Shown: positions 47,001 to 61,020, counted from the stretch's first letter. The stretch is DNA of 64,000 nt from Chrysomallon squamiferum (GCA_012295275.1 CM022678.1:13392001-13456000); one strand, 5' to 3'. Made by a program: numbers and translations. The notes: a model not told the origin generated them from the letters alone.

Positions 47001-48499
47001 CATATCTTTTTCTGTTAGACCTAAAAAACCCACAAAATCAAACAATAAACTTATGTTTAATTCAATGGACTCCAGTTAATTTTCAATGAAAGGATGACTG
47101 TGTTATGTAAAGGTAGAACAAAGCTACCTCATAAATAGTAAATAAGTGTTGTTAGTATCAACGTTAGATGGTATAAAATCATAGAATAAAATCAGGTTAT
47201 GATATCAAAAAAAAACACAATAAAAAATAAAATAAAATAAAACAAAAAACAAAAAAGCAAACAAACAAATAAATAAATAAATAATAATAAAGAACAGACA
47301 AAAGTTTCATTAAAATGAAAACTTAGCTTGGATAAATAATATACATGTAAGCAACATAACTCAACTAAGCGCTTTTGTTACAAACATAAGTGGATTAACA
47401 AATATCAGCAGCTTACCCACATGAATCCTGCCATCAACAACAGCTATTGTTGCTGCAACTGCATCATTTTCTCTGACAATGGTTTCTACTTCAACTGCTG
47501 TTCTGAAAATTGTAGAATGTTTTACAATAAAAGCTAAATTATAACTTGTTTACTTTTATGTACATCAAGGTAATATAAACACAGACAAATATAAACAAGC
47601 ATACTGAGAATTAAATTTATCTAAGAAAGTGTTTAGTCAGTTCTTTCTTTCTTTATTTATTTAATTGTCTTGTGTTATCAATACCATGCTTTAGAATTTG
47701 GACATCTTATAATATATTACCCACCAAAAAGGATATAAGCAATAATACTGGATTATTCAGAACATTCTAAACATTATGATAGCATTGTCAGTGGTAACAC
47801 TGGTGACTCATTTTTGTTATGATGTTGTAAAATACAATGTATTAGAAGAAAATAATCACACAATGATGTTAATGTGTTAAAGAGATGTTACATTCATTTA
47901 TTAAAATATATAAATATACATCAGCACAAATAATCATACAGATACATACATAGAAATAGACCCACACAACACACATGTATGTACATAAACATACATTACC
48001 TTTCACAAAGATATCACATGCATAGAAACACATGTACATGTAGACACACACACCCACACACACACACATTCAGACCAACATAAGTGTTCAATTATTTTAT
48101 TGGTTATACATAGAAAATAAATCTGGGTTTTAATATATGTTTTCTTATTTCACCTCACATTTTCTGGATATGGCATTCCATGAGTTATAATGGTGCTTTC
48201 CAAGGCTACCACAGCCTTCCCATCATGCATTGCAGATGCAACCTCATCAGACACTTTAAATAAAGCTGAATAAAAAGATTTAGAATACTTTACAACTGAT
48301 TCTACAAAATAATTTCAACAAACAACAAATATGTCAATAACAATGAGAGAAAGAAAGAAGATAAAGAGAGAGATAAAGAAAAGTGAAAGAGAAAAGAGTG
48401 TTAATATTATTTGTGAACAAACACACTGTACAAAAGTGAATAATTTAGAATATTTGTCTATGCACCTAGCTAATGAACAAGCAAAACCTTTCGTATTTT

Positions 48500-48544
<45 letters not shown>

Positions 48545-49109
48545 ACATATAATTTAATTTTATTACTTTAGACAAGACATATCAGTTACAACTATGTTAG
48601 AACACTGTGTCAGTTGCATGATTCAAGTTTCTTGCTGTTTTTAGTGATCTATTTCATATTGCAACCTGAACTGCATGACTGACTGAATATATATTTTTTT
48701 GGGGGGGGTTGTTCATTTATTTTGTGAGACTTTAGTTTTTCATTATTGTTTTTACTTTTGTTGTTTTGATCAGCTATTTTTGTTTGAAAAAATAAATGAA
48801 TGACAGACAGCTGAACATTTATTTCATTATAATTATATTTAAAAAATTAAGAATTAAAACATTCTGAATGGCTAATTAAACAAATAAGCATTCATGTCAA
48901 TTCAAAACACAATCATCAAAACAACAAAATAAAAATAGCATTACATTACCATTGTTTTGAGGTGTTGTAGAGCTCAACCTTCTGTGAACTGCTGCAGCTC
49001 CACAGAAAGATGAAGGACAACAATTAATGAAAAATGAGAGACAGGCAGATGGTACGTATCTGTGCTTTGAAAAACACGATAGAAACTGCTGAGAACATTT
49101 CAGAATCAT
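37059..49109 (-). CDS. Pseudouridine-metabolizing bifunctional protein: pseudouridine-5'-phosphate glycosidase (PsuG/IndA) fused to a PfkB pseudouridine kinase (PsuK), 18 coding exons, about 710 aa
   Basis: Exons (minus): 49109-48950, 48265-48154, 47502-47417, 47020-46929, 46270-46159, 45356-45250, 44815-44689, 44303-44183, 43614-43529, 43410-43271, 42623-42564, 42138-41977, 41475-41347, 40983-40869, 40449-40318, 40063-39900, 39350-39259, 37194-37059. PsuG motifs: [59 protein letters not shown]. PfkB motifs: [27 protein letters not shown]. Confidence 0.95.
37395..39190. repeat. 1.8 kb minisatellite (about 22-34 bp unit CATAGCATCACA(C/A)TGACA(CATA)n) filling the last PsuG-PsuK intron
   Basis: Direct observation; it is the source of the MCQCDAMYV ORFs. 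Confidence 0.95.
43552..43940 (-). repeat. Tandem duplication of about 190 bp containing the exon 9 acceptor and most of exon 9 of PsuG-PsuK
   Basis: 43552-43741 versus 43743-43940; both share GTAAGTTCATTGACCCTACTCAGAATAA...GTCCAGTTATGTTCTTCATTCTGAAAGTCAAAA. Confidence 0.9.
45357..46115 (-). repeat. About 15 tandem copies of a 49-51 bp unit made of the exon 6 splice acceptor region
   Basis: Unit on +: CTGAAACAGAGTAATGTATCAACAGTTTGAAATATCAATACTCAGTGACAG. The array starts exactly at the intron/exon boundary and has no spacers. Confidence 0.95.
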
Positions 49110-50860
49110 AGTCTTTCTCCAATTTACTACAAGAAAACATGAAATTTAAATAAAATATTAAATAGCCTAAATTACAAATAAATAAATACATATAATAAAA
49201 TAATGATGACAATAAAATTTAAACAAATATAAAAATAAAAATAAAATAAAAAAGAATAAAATAAAATTTAAAATTAATGAACAGTAAATGTAAAAATAGT
49301 TAAATACAAAATTATATAATGGAAATAATTATATGCATATTAGACTGGCTGATATTGACAAGCAAAACAAGCAAACAAGCTATTAATACAGTCTTGTTAA
49401 CTTAAAGCATTAAACAAACTTAAAAGGCCTTATGCAATTTTACTTCAGTTACAACACAGATTTATTAGCTGTTTATTATGTTCTTCAAACACTATCTTTG
49501 TGCATTCCCATAGCTTGAGGGCTTTCATCATGTCTTAACTGAGACTTGATATTACTATTACCAGTATTAGTATTAGTGTTCTTTGGCAAGATTTATTTAC
49601 CGTGCATTGTTAATTTATCGACTATACCCAGATGTCATTAACGCTCTTGTTGAAATACATTTAGTAAATAACAGTACAATTATATTATAGAAATTATAAC
49701 AAATTATATATTACACATATTTGATTAAATACAATTTACTTAAATGGAATGCTGTATTTGACATTAAGACAGATTTTAACCGAAAGTATAATTGTCTGAA
49801 AGGTTTGCTATCACTGTATCAGTCACATTTCGTATAGAAATAGAATAAAATCAATTTAAAAGAAAAAAAACGAATTTTGAATAAATGAAATATATTTTTT
49901 TTTTTTTTTTTTTTTTTTTTATGAATGAACTCTACTTAATTTTTTTTATAAAACATACAACTGTCTTTACAATCTTTCAACATTACTAGTAATTTTTGCT
50001 GAATCGAAATTCGTCACAAAAAAAAAAAAAAAAAAAAAAAAAGTATATATAGATAGATAGATAGATAAAATCTCGGTATTTTTTTTTTTTTTATTTTTTT
50101 TTTTTTTTTGATCGGTATTTGTTTTGACGGACCTTCGTTACATAACAAGTGCGCATGACCAAAAACAACAACCGTGACCAACATGGAAGTTATTTTTTGT
50201 GTTTTTTTGACCTACCAAACAAAGCAATGCCTCCTATTCGCGTGTTTGCCATAAGATTAAACACTTAACATAACCAGATAACATTTTAGCCATACATAGA
50301 CAAACCCGTTTCTTCAGCACTAAGAAACTGCACAAAGCACTGCGGTCTGCTGACAGTCAGAACACTATTAAACAACTGAGTTATTGTTCTTGGATGTCGA
50401 CCGACAACTCATTTAAACGAACTGCGTCAAAACCCATACCGCATTAAAAAGGTAAGAATGTTACACTTACAGTATATACATACTAACTACAAACAATACT
50501 AAACTTGCAAAATATATTGAATTGAATGTTTATATTTTAATCACTCTTTATATTACGTTATTCTCTGTCAGTAATAACAAGAAAAACATCGTTATTTCAG
50601 CACAATGCGAGATTGTTGCTCATCTGCATCAAAACCGATGGTTTATTCCCGATTCTGGCATTCCGCAATCTGGCAGTGAGATTATAACACATCTTAATTG
50701 GACATGCCAGTTGTTCCATTTCTGGAAGCGGATTAGAACACCTCAATGCTTACCTAATCTGGAGACGGCCAGTTTTGGGAACATACCAAAACGATACCAG
50801 GATATATATAACAAAAAAATAAAAAATAAAAAAATTATTAAAAAAATAAAAAAGAAGAAC

Positions 50861-50908
<48 letters not shown>

Positions 50909-53339
50909 GAGTAAATATAAAGAAGTAAAGGAATTAATACGTTTTGAAGTCTTAAGATCTTCTATTTCGTAAGTGAAATGATATATGCAGAAAAGCTTAT
51001 AATCGGATAAACTGCTCAGACCATTGAACAAAATTCAAAGACATCAGTGTTCACAAATTAATGTTCAGTATTATATATTTTCAGTTATAGTTTTTAATCA
51101 CACGTCTGACAAGTTCGTCGATCCTATCTCGCCCAGTGACGGACTATAAAGGTGGGAAATGGGACCAATGTTGTCTGGAGACGTTCTGGTCAGTCAAGGC
51201 ATGACCTCCCTCCATTTCCTTTTACCTGCATTATCACAGAACGAAAACAAGTTCACACATTAATTAAATAGCTTCATTTCAATAGCCCAACATAAGAAGT
51301 TTGTCGTTCACAGGTTAAAATTTATGTTATAATTACTCGTAAGTGATCGACGTCGTTCAGTGAATTGGTCGACAAATGAGTAGGTGCTCCTTACAGAATA
51401 TTTCAAGCATAAACTGGTAATAAGTTTTTCTCAGCCATTCTTAGATATTACGTACATGACAAGAATTAATTAAATAAATAAATAATAAACGTACCCAAAA
51501 TAAAATTATTTCCGCATCTCTGGAAATATAAGATAATTACGATGGATGATAATGGCAATTTTTTGTCTCCATAAATTACTGCGATTTCCCACCATTTTTT
51601 CATAGCATTTTTTTTTTTTTTTTTTTTTTTTAACAAGTACTGTGATCTAATATCGCTCTTAACAAGCTAGATTACTGTATGAAATTTTGATACCAAGTTC
51701 ATTGTATTAAGTTATACCTAATTAATGAATTAGATAATTAATTCATAACTCTCTCATAATTAAACTTGCAGAATAAATGTGTCTCTTCTTTTTGGGAAGC
51801 ATCCTAGAACAGATTCAAAAAAATAAGAAGACCAGCTTTTCTGTTGGGAGGGGGGGTGGTTCCTTGACAAAAACGGCACCATAACGTTATGAAAAGGCAC
51901 TACTGAAAAATTACAAATGGTTGACATGGACCATAATATAATAGTGTTCTGTACATTGACAGAAATTTAAAAAATAACTTAATAAATGTGTAATAAAACC
52001 CTAAAAATCTTAAATAAAAGTGGAACTTCTCAGATAGGGTCCAGACGCCTTGGGCCCCCATATAGATCCTCCCCAGAACAAATCTACTGACCGAATATTA
52101 AAATATGGAGGTAGAGGAATAAAAATTGTTAAAATATAATAATTATAAAATCTTCTGAATGGACACTTCTAAACCAAATATATGTCTAGAGAAGATATTT
52201 TTATATATATTTATATTAAGAAAAATGATAAAATACCAAGGCAAACATGCTCGAGTGTGTGTGTGTGTGTGTGTGTGAAACGAGTGGCCATAATGGTTTG
52301 TTCACGATACATACCGACTAGTGCCTTACTAATACCCCGTAGAAGGACCCTAAGGCTTCGAGCTTCTTTGGGCCCCTCGACATTCAGCAATGCCCCTCCC
52401 AGAGAATTTCATGCTTTTCTATCGTACAATTTATTACAATAATGTTAAAAATGAAGTAATTAACAAAGAAAATAATGTTACGAAACAACCTTTATTTAGC
52501 ATGAAGCAACGCAATACGAAAATAACAGTACTCTACTGCAAAGTTAAGCATGTCTTGACCTACATATTTATATAGCTAGCTTCTTAAACATCTGTCTCAT
52601 TAATCTTTCAACAAACTGAACCAGTTAGCGTTAGTCGGCGCCGATACCGACATAACGGACGATTTTTATGGAATCGAAATAACGGTGACAGGTTACAGAT
52701 TTTAATAATATTTTGAACGAAAAACGTTAAGTACCTTATGTAAAACCACTTTTTTTTCGAAGTGAATGCCACTGACTTTTTGTTTTTCATCTGGATGGTT
52801 AACTGAAGCCATTTTTCGTCAGAAAATTAAAAATACTTCAAGAACTGCAAAAGGATATATTCGAAAGCGAAGCAATGGAGAAACGTGTGCTAAGTTACTA
52901 AAAAGGTCGTTTGTTCGGAAATTTATTTAAAAAAGGACATACTACAACATTATTTCTGGTGGTCAAGCGATGAACTCCGGTAATCGCGACAATGTGATTT
53001 TGTCTGCATCTGTGATATAGATTATTTGTTTTGATCAGCAACGCTAAATGTTTTTTTTTTTTTTTTTTTTTTTTCATTTTTAGTATTATTGTCACATAAG
53101 TACATATTTTTATACCACTGAATAAATCTTGTAATTCAGATGGGGGAAAAAACAACATGACAAAGATATTGTAAAGATATTGAAAATAATCCACAGTCCG
53201 ATTATAGGAACTTTCACGTTTTTGTAAAATTGGTAACCTTAAGTGATAAAAAATATATATTTCTAGAGATATCTTTATCAAATGTATAGCATCTATTCAA
53301 TAAAATATTCACTTTATAAAGACGTAATGAATTAAATAT

Positions 53340-56300
53340 TTCGTTTTTGGCCCGTTTCACCTTATAAGAATTGTTGTTCTTGAATAGGTCAAGGTCATGT
53401 TATATTTTTAATTATTTTTTTTTTTTTACAATTTTAGCCCGTTTCAGCTTATGCCTGGCTAAAAACTGTCGTTCTGGAATAGATAATAAAAAATAATAAT
53501 AATAAAAAAAATTATTGATTTAATTTTGATGTCCTTCTACAAACGAAACATAGAGTTGTCGTTCTTGAAGAGTTCTTTTTCATCGATCGGCCACTACTGC
53601 TTCCCGTCGAATGGTTATTTTTTAAACACAAGGCAGAATATGAAAAAAGAGAGATTTAAATCATTTGTTCAACGTATTCGACCGTTTTACGATATTTACC
53701 TCTTTCCCAGTTTCTCTTTCTTTGCTTATTTATAAGAAATCATTTTATATGATCTCATTGTGCTTTTTAGCATCATTGTAGTAAATTACTTTTTAATTAG
53801 CGCAATATTTTGAGGTAGTCACCGTAGTGAATTCAGTCAGAATGACTGAGCTTTATGCAGTGGCTGGCTATTAATATGGTATGTTTTTCTCTTGTAGCGG
53901 TGCTACAGCCTAAGTATTTCAAAAGATTCATTCATTTCTTACCTGATTTGATTTATCTCAGGAATTTACTGTTTTTCTAAAAGCAAATAATACAAATCTG
54001 TTCCATTAAATTAAATGGATTTGTATTGTTATTTCTTTTCAAATACTATCTTGAAGACCTGTTTAACCTTTTCATATTTCTCTGGTTTCTTAAAAATGAA
54101 CTCGAAGACGGTAAGAGAGCAATTTCTACCATGAGATATTTCATCTACCCTTTCTTGATGCATCTTATGATTTTACAATTATCAAAACATTATTGTTATG
54201 ATCATAGTTTCTTAAAACATTTGTCTGCTAATTAATTTAGTTCAGTTTCATCAGTTTAAACAAGTTTCATCAGTTTCTGCTTCTCTGCTGACTTACTGTA
54301 GCAGCTAACAGTATATTTTAACCTCACTGGTACTGGCTTGACTGAATGGGTATGATTGGACCCAGCTTGTCTAAGTGTTAGATCCTCTCTAAATTTCCAC
54401 TCATATTCTTCTTGATGTTTCTCATTTACTTTTCTGTGCAGCCTTAGAAAGAGCCTTTGGATAAGAAGCTGTTGATATTTGATTATGGCAATAAGCTAGT
54501 GTGGTCTCAGATATAGTTTTCATTCTGACAGATATCCTAAGATATCCTATTATAACTCTTTTAACAACCACTTTGGTGGTCTTTGAATTCAGGCTTTTTC
54601 AGTAGATCAGTAGTTTAACCATATTTCTGAGATAATATAACGAATTGCTACTTGCTACAAACTTAGGTTTGTCTAGTTGCCTTAGAAAATAACTAGAACT
54701 ATGCTGTGTTATACTTTCATTTTATAGTTCAATTATCTAGTAAGTAATAGCAAACTAATTTAATAAAACAAAAAAACAACAACATTGTAATCATTAAAGG
54801 AAAAAATTAAGTGAAGAGTATTAAATTCTGAAAATAAGTTTGCTGTCTTTCAAAGAATATTTGAAAACAGGATCCTTGCCTTCTTTAATTGCAGACACAT
54901 TTTGGTATTTACCATCTTCTGGATGGTTGAATTTTCAAGTTGCTCCAATTCCTCGACAGGGGACATTTTCCAAATCCACATTATCACATCTCTAGCTATT
55001 AGCTTTTCTTAATTAGTGCATATTTGTTGTTTTTCTATAATTACGTTGAACTTCACGATGATGATTGTTTGATATGTTATAACTGAAAACAAAAGAAGGA
55101 AAATACAGTCTGAATGGCAATAATATCCCCATTTTGTTGTCAAAGGCTACCATAGGGAAAATCCAAATAATATAACAGAATTCCTTTTACAAAATCTTAT
55201 TAAAAAGATGATTTGTAGAGAATTGAGAAATTATATGAGCATGGATTACAGTGTCTGCACCAGTGTCATCAAAACTTTAAAAAACTGACAAATATTCATC
55301 ATAAAACTAGTTGTAAATCTGTCTTTATCACAAAAGATTAAGTTTATCTTCAAGGCCCGACTTGAACAGGAGGAGATGGTAATGCAATTTCATATATTCA
55401 TGGCTGCTGGTATTAAAAAATGCTGTGCCATGATTCTGATAATCAATCAAATGACTGAGCTTTATGCAGTGACTCTGTTAGTATGATATGTTATGCTCTT
55501 GAGGCACTGCTACAGACTATTTACTTCAAAACATACATTTCTTACTCGGTTTCATTTGTCTCAAGTCTCAAAGCAGATAATACAAATCTGTTCCTTTAAA
55601 TTAAATGGCTTTGTATCTTTATTTAACTTTGCTTGATTGTATTCTGTTGAAGTTTTATGGGGTCTGCTTTTAAGACCATTAAACAGATTTAAGATTTGAT
55701 ACCTAAATAACCTTCCTGAACATTCTGTGAACATGTTCAAAACATCAGATGTTCTGTCTCAGTTCTTTACCAGTGAATGTTATCAACAACAGTTCTGTAT
55801 ATTCTTTTTGTCCCATTTCAGAATTCCTCAAACAGCAGTTTTGATGTGATGGTTTTGTCACTATGTTATAGATTGCAGCACTGTTTATTTTCTGCTTGGA
55901 AGTTGTAAATTTATAAATTTACTTCAGTAACTTGTAAATTAGGATCTGACAGCATTTTTGTTACATTGTCAGGTCCTTAATAATTGTTTTTACAATTGTT
56001 TTTAAACAAATCTTTAAATCCCAAAATATGTAAATAATTAAATTTACTTCAGCATAAATTAGCACTGGAAATAAAAAATACAACTGAATATGTGATTTCT
56101 GGAGACATTTAGATCTGTAAATGTTTTCCAGAATTTCTTGAATCTTCTTTGAAATGTGAGATGTTTTCAAGTTGTCTTTATCCTGCAGAATCATCTCTGC
56201 TCCATTTATTTCATGCCATACATGAATAAAAAATACAGCTTACAATAGCATGTTACAATTACTGACATGAATTTGCCATCTTTTGTGAGAGAGCAATTCT

Positions 56301-56660
56301 AATATGAAATATTTCATTTGCCCTTTCTAGATGCATTTTGCAATTATAAAATCATTGCTGTGAAAAGCAGAGTTCCTGTAAAAACATTTGTTTGCAATTA
56401 ATTTAGTTCATTTCATCAATTTAAACTGTAGCATTTATTGGCTTTCTGCTTCTCTGCTGACTTTCTGTAGCAGCTAAAAATATATTTTACTGACTTGACT
56501 GAATGGTTCTGATTGGACCCAGCTTGTCTAAGTGTTAGGTCCTCTCTAAATTTCCACTCATATTCTTCTTGATATTTCTCATTTACTTTTCTATACAGCC
56601 AATATGCACTGGACAAGATTTTTGTTTTCAGTATATGCACATGATATTTTCTTTGCAATT
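53340..56660. mobile_element. Decayed repeat or DNA-transposon debris with two diverged internal duplications
   Basis: 53842-54027 resembles 55451-55617, and 54214-54440 resembles 56381-56600. A GCCCGTTTCA motif occurs at 53350 and 53438. No intact ORF. Confidence 0.5.
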
Positions 56661-57710
56661 TTGATGTTCTTCTTGGACATTTGTAAATTGTTAAGTTTAC
56701 AAATTATATCTTTCTTAATAAGTAGGTAAATTTTCAACAGTTAGAGTCCACTGCAGTTTTATAATCTGCATCTTATGATGGAATGTTTCCATTTTTGACT
56801 CTATCAGTTCAGTGTAAGCAAGAAATCTCTTATTAAGCAAACACATTGCCGTTCTGTGTAGTGTCAGAATTAACAAAGTTAGGAATACATGCTACAAGAT
56901 GCATCAATTGTTTGTAACCAACATAATGGTTTCTAGTGATACTGAGACCTGTAAATATTTCTATAATCTTCTTTGAAATTGGATGTTTTCAATTACTCTG
57001 TGTGAAGAATTTATATGTATGTGTTCGGGTGCAAGGCACATCACATTACATGTCAATCAGTATTTGATGGGACACTTTTCCCAGAGTTTCACAAGCTTGT
57101 ACCTACATTCCATGAGAAATTTCAGTTCCTGTTTCTCAGATATTGTTTTTGTTGTTATCAGTTCTTTCAGTTTATGAGTGGCTGAGAAGCCAACATTGAC
57201 ATCTTTGAAACCTTTCAACACCTAACTTTTAGTGATGTCTTCTTTTAGAAGGTGAGATGGAGTATCGGCTTTATTAAAAATGTCACTTTTTACACACCTC
57301 ATCAAACAATTTCTCATTAGTTTCTCCAATTCTTTGCTGAGGAATGGCAGTACTGGATTATCTGTCTGGAATTTTGCCAGAAATGGCAAACATTCCTTGG
57401 CTAAAGATACAAAGAACTCGTGCTTTACTAATGTCAAACGATCATCTTTTAGATGTCTGTGTTTTGGCATCATTATATTTATTAGAATGTTGCTGGACAG
57501 TTTCTGCATACTTTTACATCAACTCCATTGACCTGTTATTATCTACTGGAAACTCCTCTACCCACCTTGTAGCACAGCATTTCATAGGATAGAGTTTACA
57601 ATCATTGATTTCTGCATAATCCTACCTTCTGGCTGGAATTTCTTTAAACAGAGTATGCATTGCTATCAAAAGTCCAGCAATATCCCAGTCAACAGAACCA
57701 CATAGGTGAT
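56660..57710 (-). mobile_element. Degenerate hAT-like transposase fragment
   Basis: Minus-strand PMKCCATRWVEE (about 57552-57587), followed by EFFVSLAKECLPFLAKFQTDNPVLPFLSKELEKL (ORF 57222-57509). These resemble the hAT TRW motif and downstream block; frameshifts and stops are present. Confidence 0.65.
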
Positions 57711-59439
57711 TTTAATGTTTTAGTTGGTTTGACTGCATATAAGTTATATGGAGTTAAACTAAATACAAAAATTAAGATCACCCATGTAACATGGAAACTG
57801 AACATAACCCCCCCAAAAAGAATTTAAAAACCCAGCAACTACTCTTTAAGACACACACACACACAAATAAATATATAGTGTTTTATATAGTACAAGTTCA
57901 ACCAAAAACATTTGTTGGGGGAAAATAAAATGCACCTGAGAGTGAAAAATACAGAACTAAATGAATTCTGATATTTTGTGTAACATGCCAATATTCTTAA
58001 TATGCAACTCTATATTGATAAACAACTGGACGCACTGTTACTTGGCTGACACGTGTCTTCTCTGCAAAATCTAAAACCATTCCCACTGTCCCAAATTTGG
58101 CACAGGTGTTACTTTTCTAACTACCATCTTGTGGCAGAAATAAACCAAATACTAGAGATAAATTATCATTGTCATATAGTCTCATTTGCTTGCCTCCAAC
58201 AGGTGATTATCAGTGGCATGGTACATGTCTGATTCTGTAACTGTTTATTTTGGCTGCAGTTTTATTAATAAAAACTTTAGATTCAACCCAACGTTGGAGC
58301 TGTACTCACACAGAAATATTGGCATGCTATGTGGATGTTCAGTGGTTTGATTTGGCAAATGGAAAACATCATGTTGTGCCCAGTGGACTGCAGAAAGTCA
58401 GCATGCAAGTCTTTCATTGTGCACAAACTTCCTTGGAATTAGTGGTAGGGCAGCTTTTGCCCTTGAAAGAGCTTTTCTAGAATCTAGTGTCTTCATGATG
58501 CTGGACATCCAGGCTCCTTTAAAGTAGCTGACTTTGAACTTTCAGCTAACTCCAAGAGATGGTATTTTTCACGAGGGTTTTTCTGTTGTTGACACTTCTT
58601 GTGGGGACAGAGTCTCATTTTTCTTGTTGCTTTTTTTTCTTCTTTCTAGCTGATGTGGCATCTTATGCAATCATGCGACCCATAATTAACACTGTCATCA
58701 CATAACCAAATTAGAATCCCACAACAGGGATAATACTGCTCCACCAAACAGCCCTACCTACACAGACTCTGTATCAGGTAGATAGCTAACCAATTAGGCA
58801 CAGCTCTAAGGTTATTCAGGGCAAGGTCGTATATGTCTTTATATTTAGCCAGTGTTAAATCCACTTGAAATGCAACAACAGGTTTAGGTTTAAAGAATAT
58901 ATATATATTATAATGATAGTTATTTACAGAGGATGCTTACATGGCCAGTTACAAAGGGTTTCACACCACCTTTCATGGCTCACCATATAAGTTAACAATT
59001 AGGGATATTGTAAATGTTTAAACCTCAAGGTAAAATAGCACACCTCAGTATGTATTTGAATAGGCAAAATATTCTGACTATATGAAATGAAAATAATGTA
59101 CTGACAATCAGTTAATAATGACACTACTGTCGTGTATATGCTTATAAGTACTGATGGTCAGTGTTGACCTGATTCCCAACAATTCTCACCCACTATTTTA
59201 TAGATGATAACCTGCAGTTTACGTTGGTCGATCTGATCTCGGACTAATAGTTACAATACTGCAGTACATATAGTTAAATAGATACTTATTAGAAAGCCAC
59301 ATCAAACTACCTTTGAGTTACTTAAACAAAACCATAAAAACTTATAGCTACCTAAGTTAGCTGGAACAATGTAAGTGTTCAGCTGAGAGTTAGTCACACG
59401 TCTGTCTGACATGAGTAAAACTTATCTCTAACGAAAATG

Positions 59440-59900
59440 TTGTCTGCTTTTCTCAGAGTGGTATCCAGATTGGTATGAACTTTTGCAGACATGTAAATGC
59501 CAGTGGGTCCCCCAAAACAACATTTCACCATTGCTTATATAATTCTTAAGAATATCATGAAGCGTCTAGCATCTGTTACATATTAAAGAGGAGATTTTTG
59601 ACTCTGTCACACTGATCTGCCCATTTTTGTTGTTCATTTAGAACAGCCCTTTTCATTGATATTTTCTCTTGTGCCTTCATTTTATCCCTCATTATTCTCA
59701 CCAGAACTGCTGCTTGCTGACTGCTTATCAGCCTCTGGACATCAGTCATATTTTGACAATATTTCTTTGAATATTGCTGGGATTGATGTAAGTATGTAGC
59801 ATACTTTACAGGATCCTTAGTTTTCAACTTCAGTTTCCAGTCTCTTGTTGCTTCAGTACCAGTCTTCTTTTTAGTGTTGCTGGACTTAAAGGAGTAATGT
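59440..59900 (-). mobile_element. Possible N-terminal basic/coiled-coil fragment of a transposon-encoded protein
   Basis: KKTGTEATRDWKLKLKTKDPVKYATYL... (ORF 59576-59827), in the same orientation as the downstream transposase debris. Confidence 0.3.
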
Positions 59901-60499
59901 GCAATTGACCTGTGTAAATAACATTTAACATCTAAAATTTTAATTGTTTAATCTGTGTGCTGTGCAGATTCTTATTTTGTCTTTCTTGGTATACTGTATC
60001 ACTAATCAAAATTACCTAAATATATGTTTTATCGATTGAATAATGAATTATTATCAAGTCACCTGTATATCCTAATTAAATAATTAACTTGTGTTAAATT
60101 TATTTCTCTAGTGGATAGATAGACTTATTGATTTATATAGATTATATTCCTTTTTAGGTGGCCATTTCACCTTGTTATCCTAGGCTGATGTGACAATATT
60201 TTCAACAAAAACTGCTTTGTACCTACTATGCTACTATAAAGTTTATACTACATATAATCTTGTTGTAAAGTGATGTAATAATGTAATAATGAGCAAATGT
60301 ATTTATTTATTTACTTATTTTTAACTAATATCTAGAATTTGTGGCCTTTGTTTGGAAAGGTATTGTTTTCGCTATACAGAAGACCTTTGACAGCCAGGTA
60401 ATGAAAGTTATGTGGAAGATGATTTTGCAACTTAAAGTTTAATCTAATTTTTCATCCTGTAAGGTTTATTAAGTGTAAACGACTGATAAAATCTTATCT

Positions 60500-61020
60500 T
60501 CAGTGTTGATCACCGACGTAATGCTCGAACTTCTTGAAAAACAAAACTGAAATGCACGGGCAAATATATTCATCGATTGTATGGCTGAGACTGTTTACAC
60601 ATGTTCTGCCATTCTAGGGATTATTTTGTTGATGGAAATGATCCTTTCCCCACGCAGTCTGATGAACCGTTATCGATCCGCTGTGTCTACCAACTCAGCT
60701 CCATCAAAATGCACCATCAGTTTTCAAGCTCTTAACATGTGTTCTCCTAAGACTGCCAGTTTATACTCAAGACTGGAGTACCAGCTGACTGCTTTCTTTT
60801 CAGGTGAAACATTTATATTGGTACTGTTACAAAAGCTAAGCTGAAACTTGTCCCCATTTGGTTCTCACATCTGCCTCTATGGAATACTTTCCCATAATTA
60901 CCTTTATTCTGTGTCCACTTTCCACAGCAGATACCAGTTCACAAAGAGACGCATCTTGTACATCATCATTTTCATCATTCATAAACACGTGACGCCAGCA
61001 GGTTTCAGCTTCATTGTAAT
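60500..61020 (-). pseudogene. Disrupted, intronless fragment of an uncharacterised repeat-domain protein
   Basis: Minus-strand translation ETCWRHVFMNDENDDVQDASLCELVSAVESGHRIKVIMGKYSIEADVRTKWGQVSA*LL*. It has coding-like composition with in-frame stops. Confidence 0.45.

Noticed and set aside
50522-50914. 130 aa ORF
   Set aside because: Non-ATG start, no recognisable motif, ends in a microsatellite, and the candidate upstream exon has an in-frame stop.
51840-52075. Possible MITE end (GGGTCCAGAC...GGGCCCCC...GATCCTCCCC)
   Set aside because: No matching opposite terminus or target-site duplication could be found by eye.
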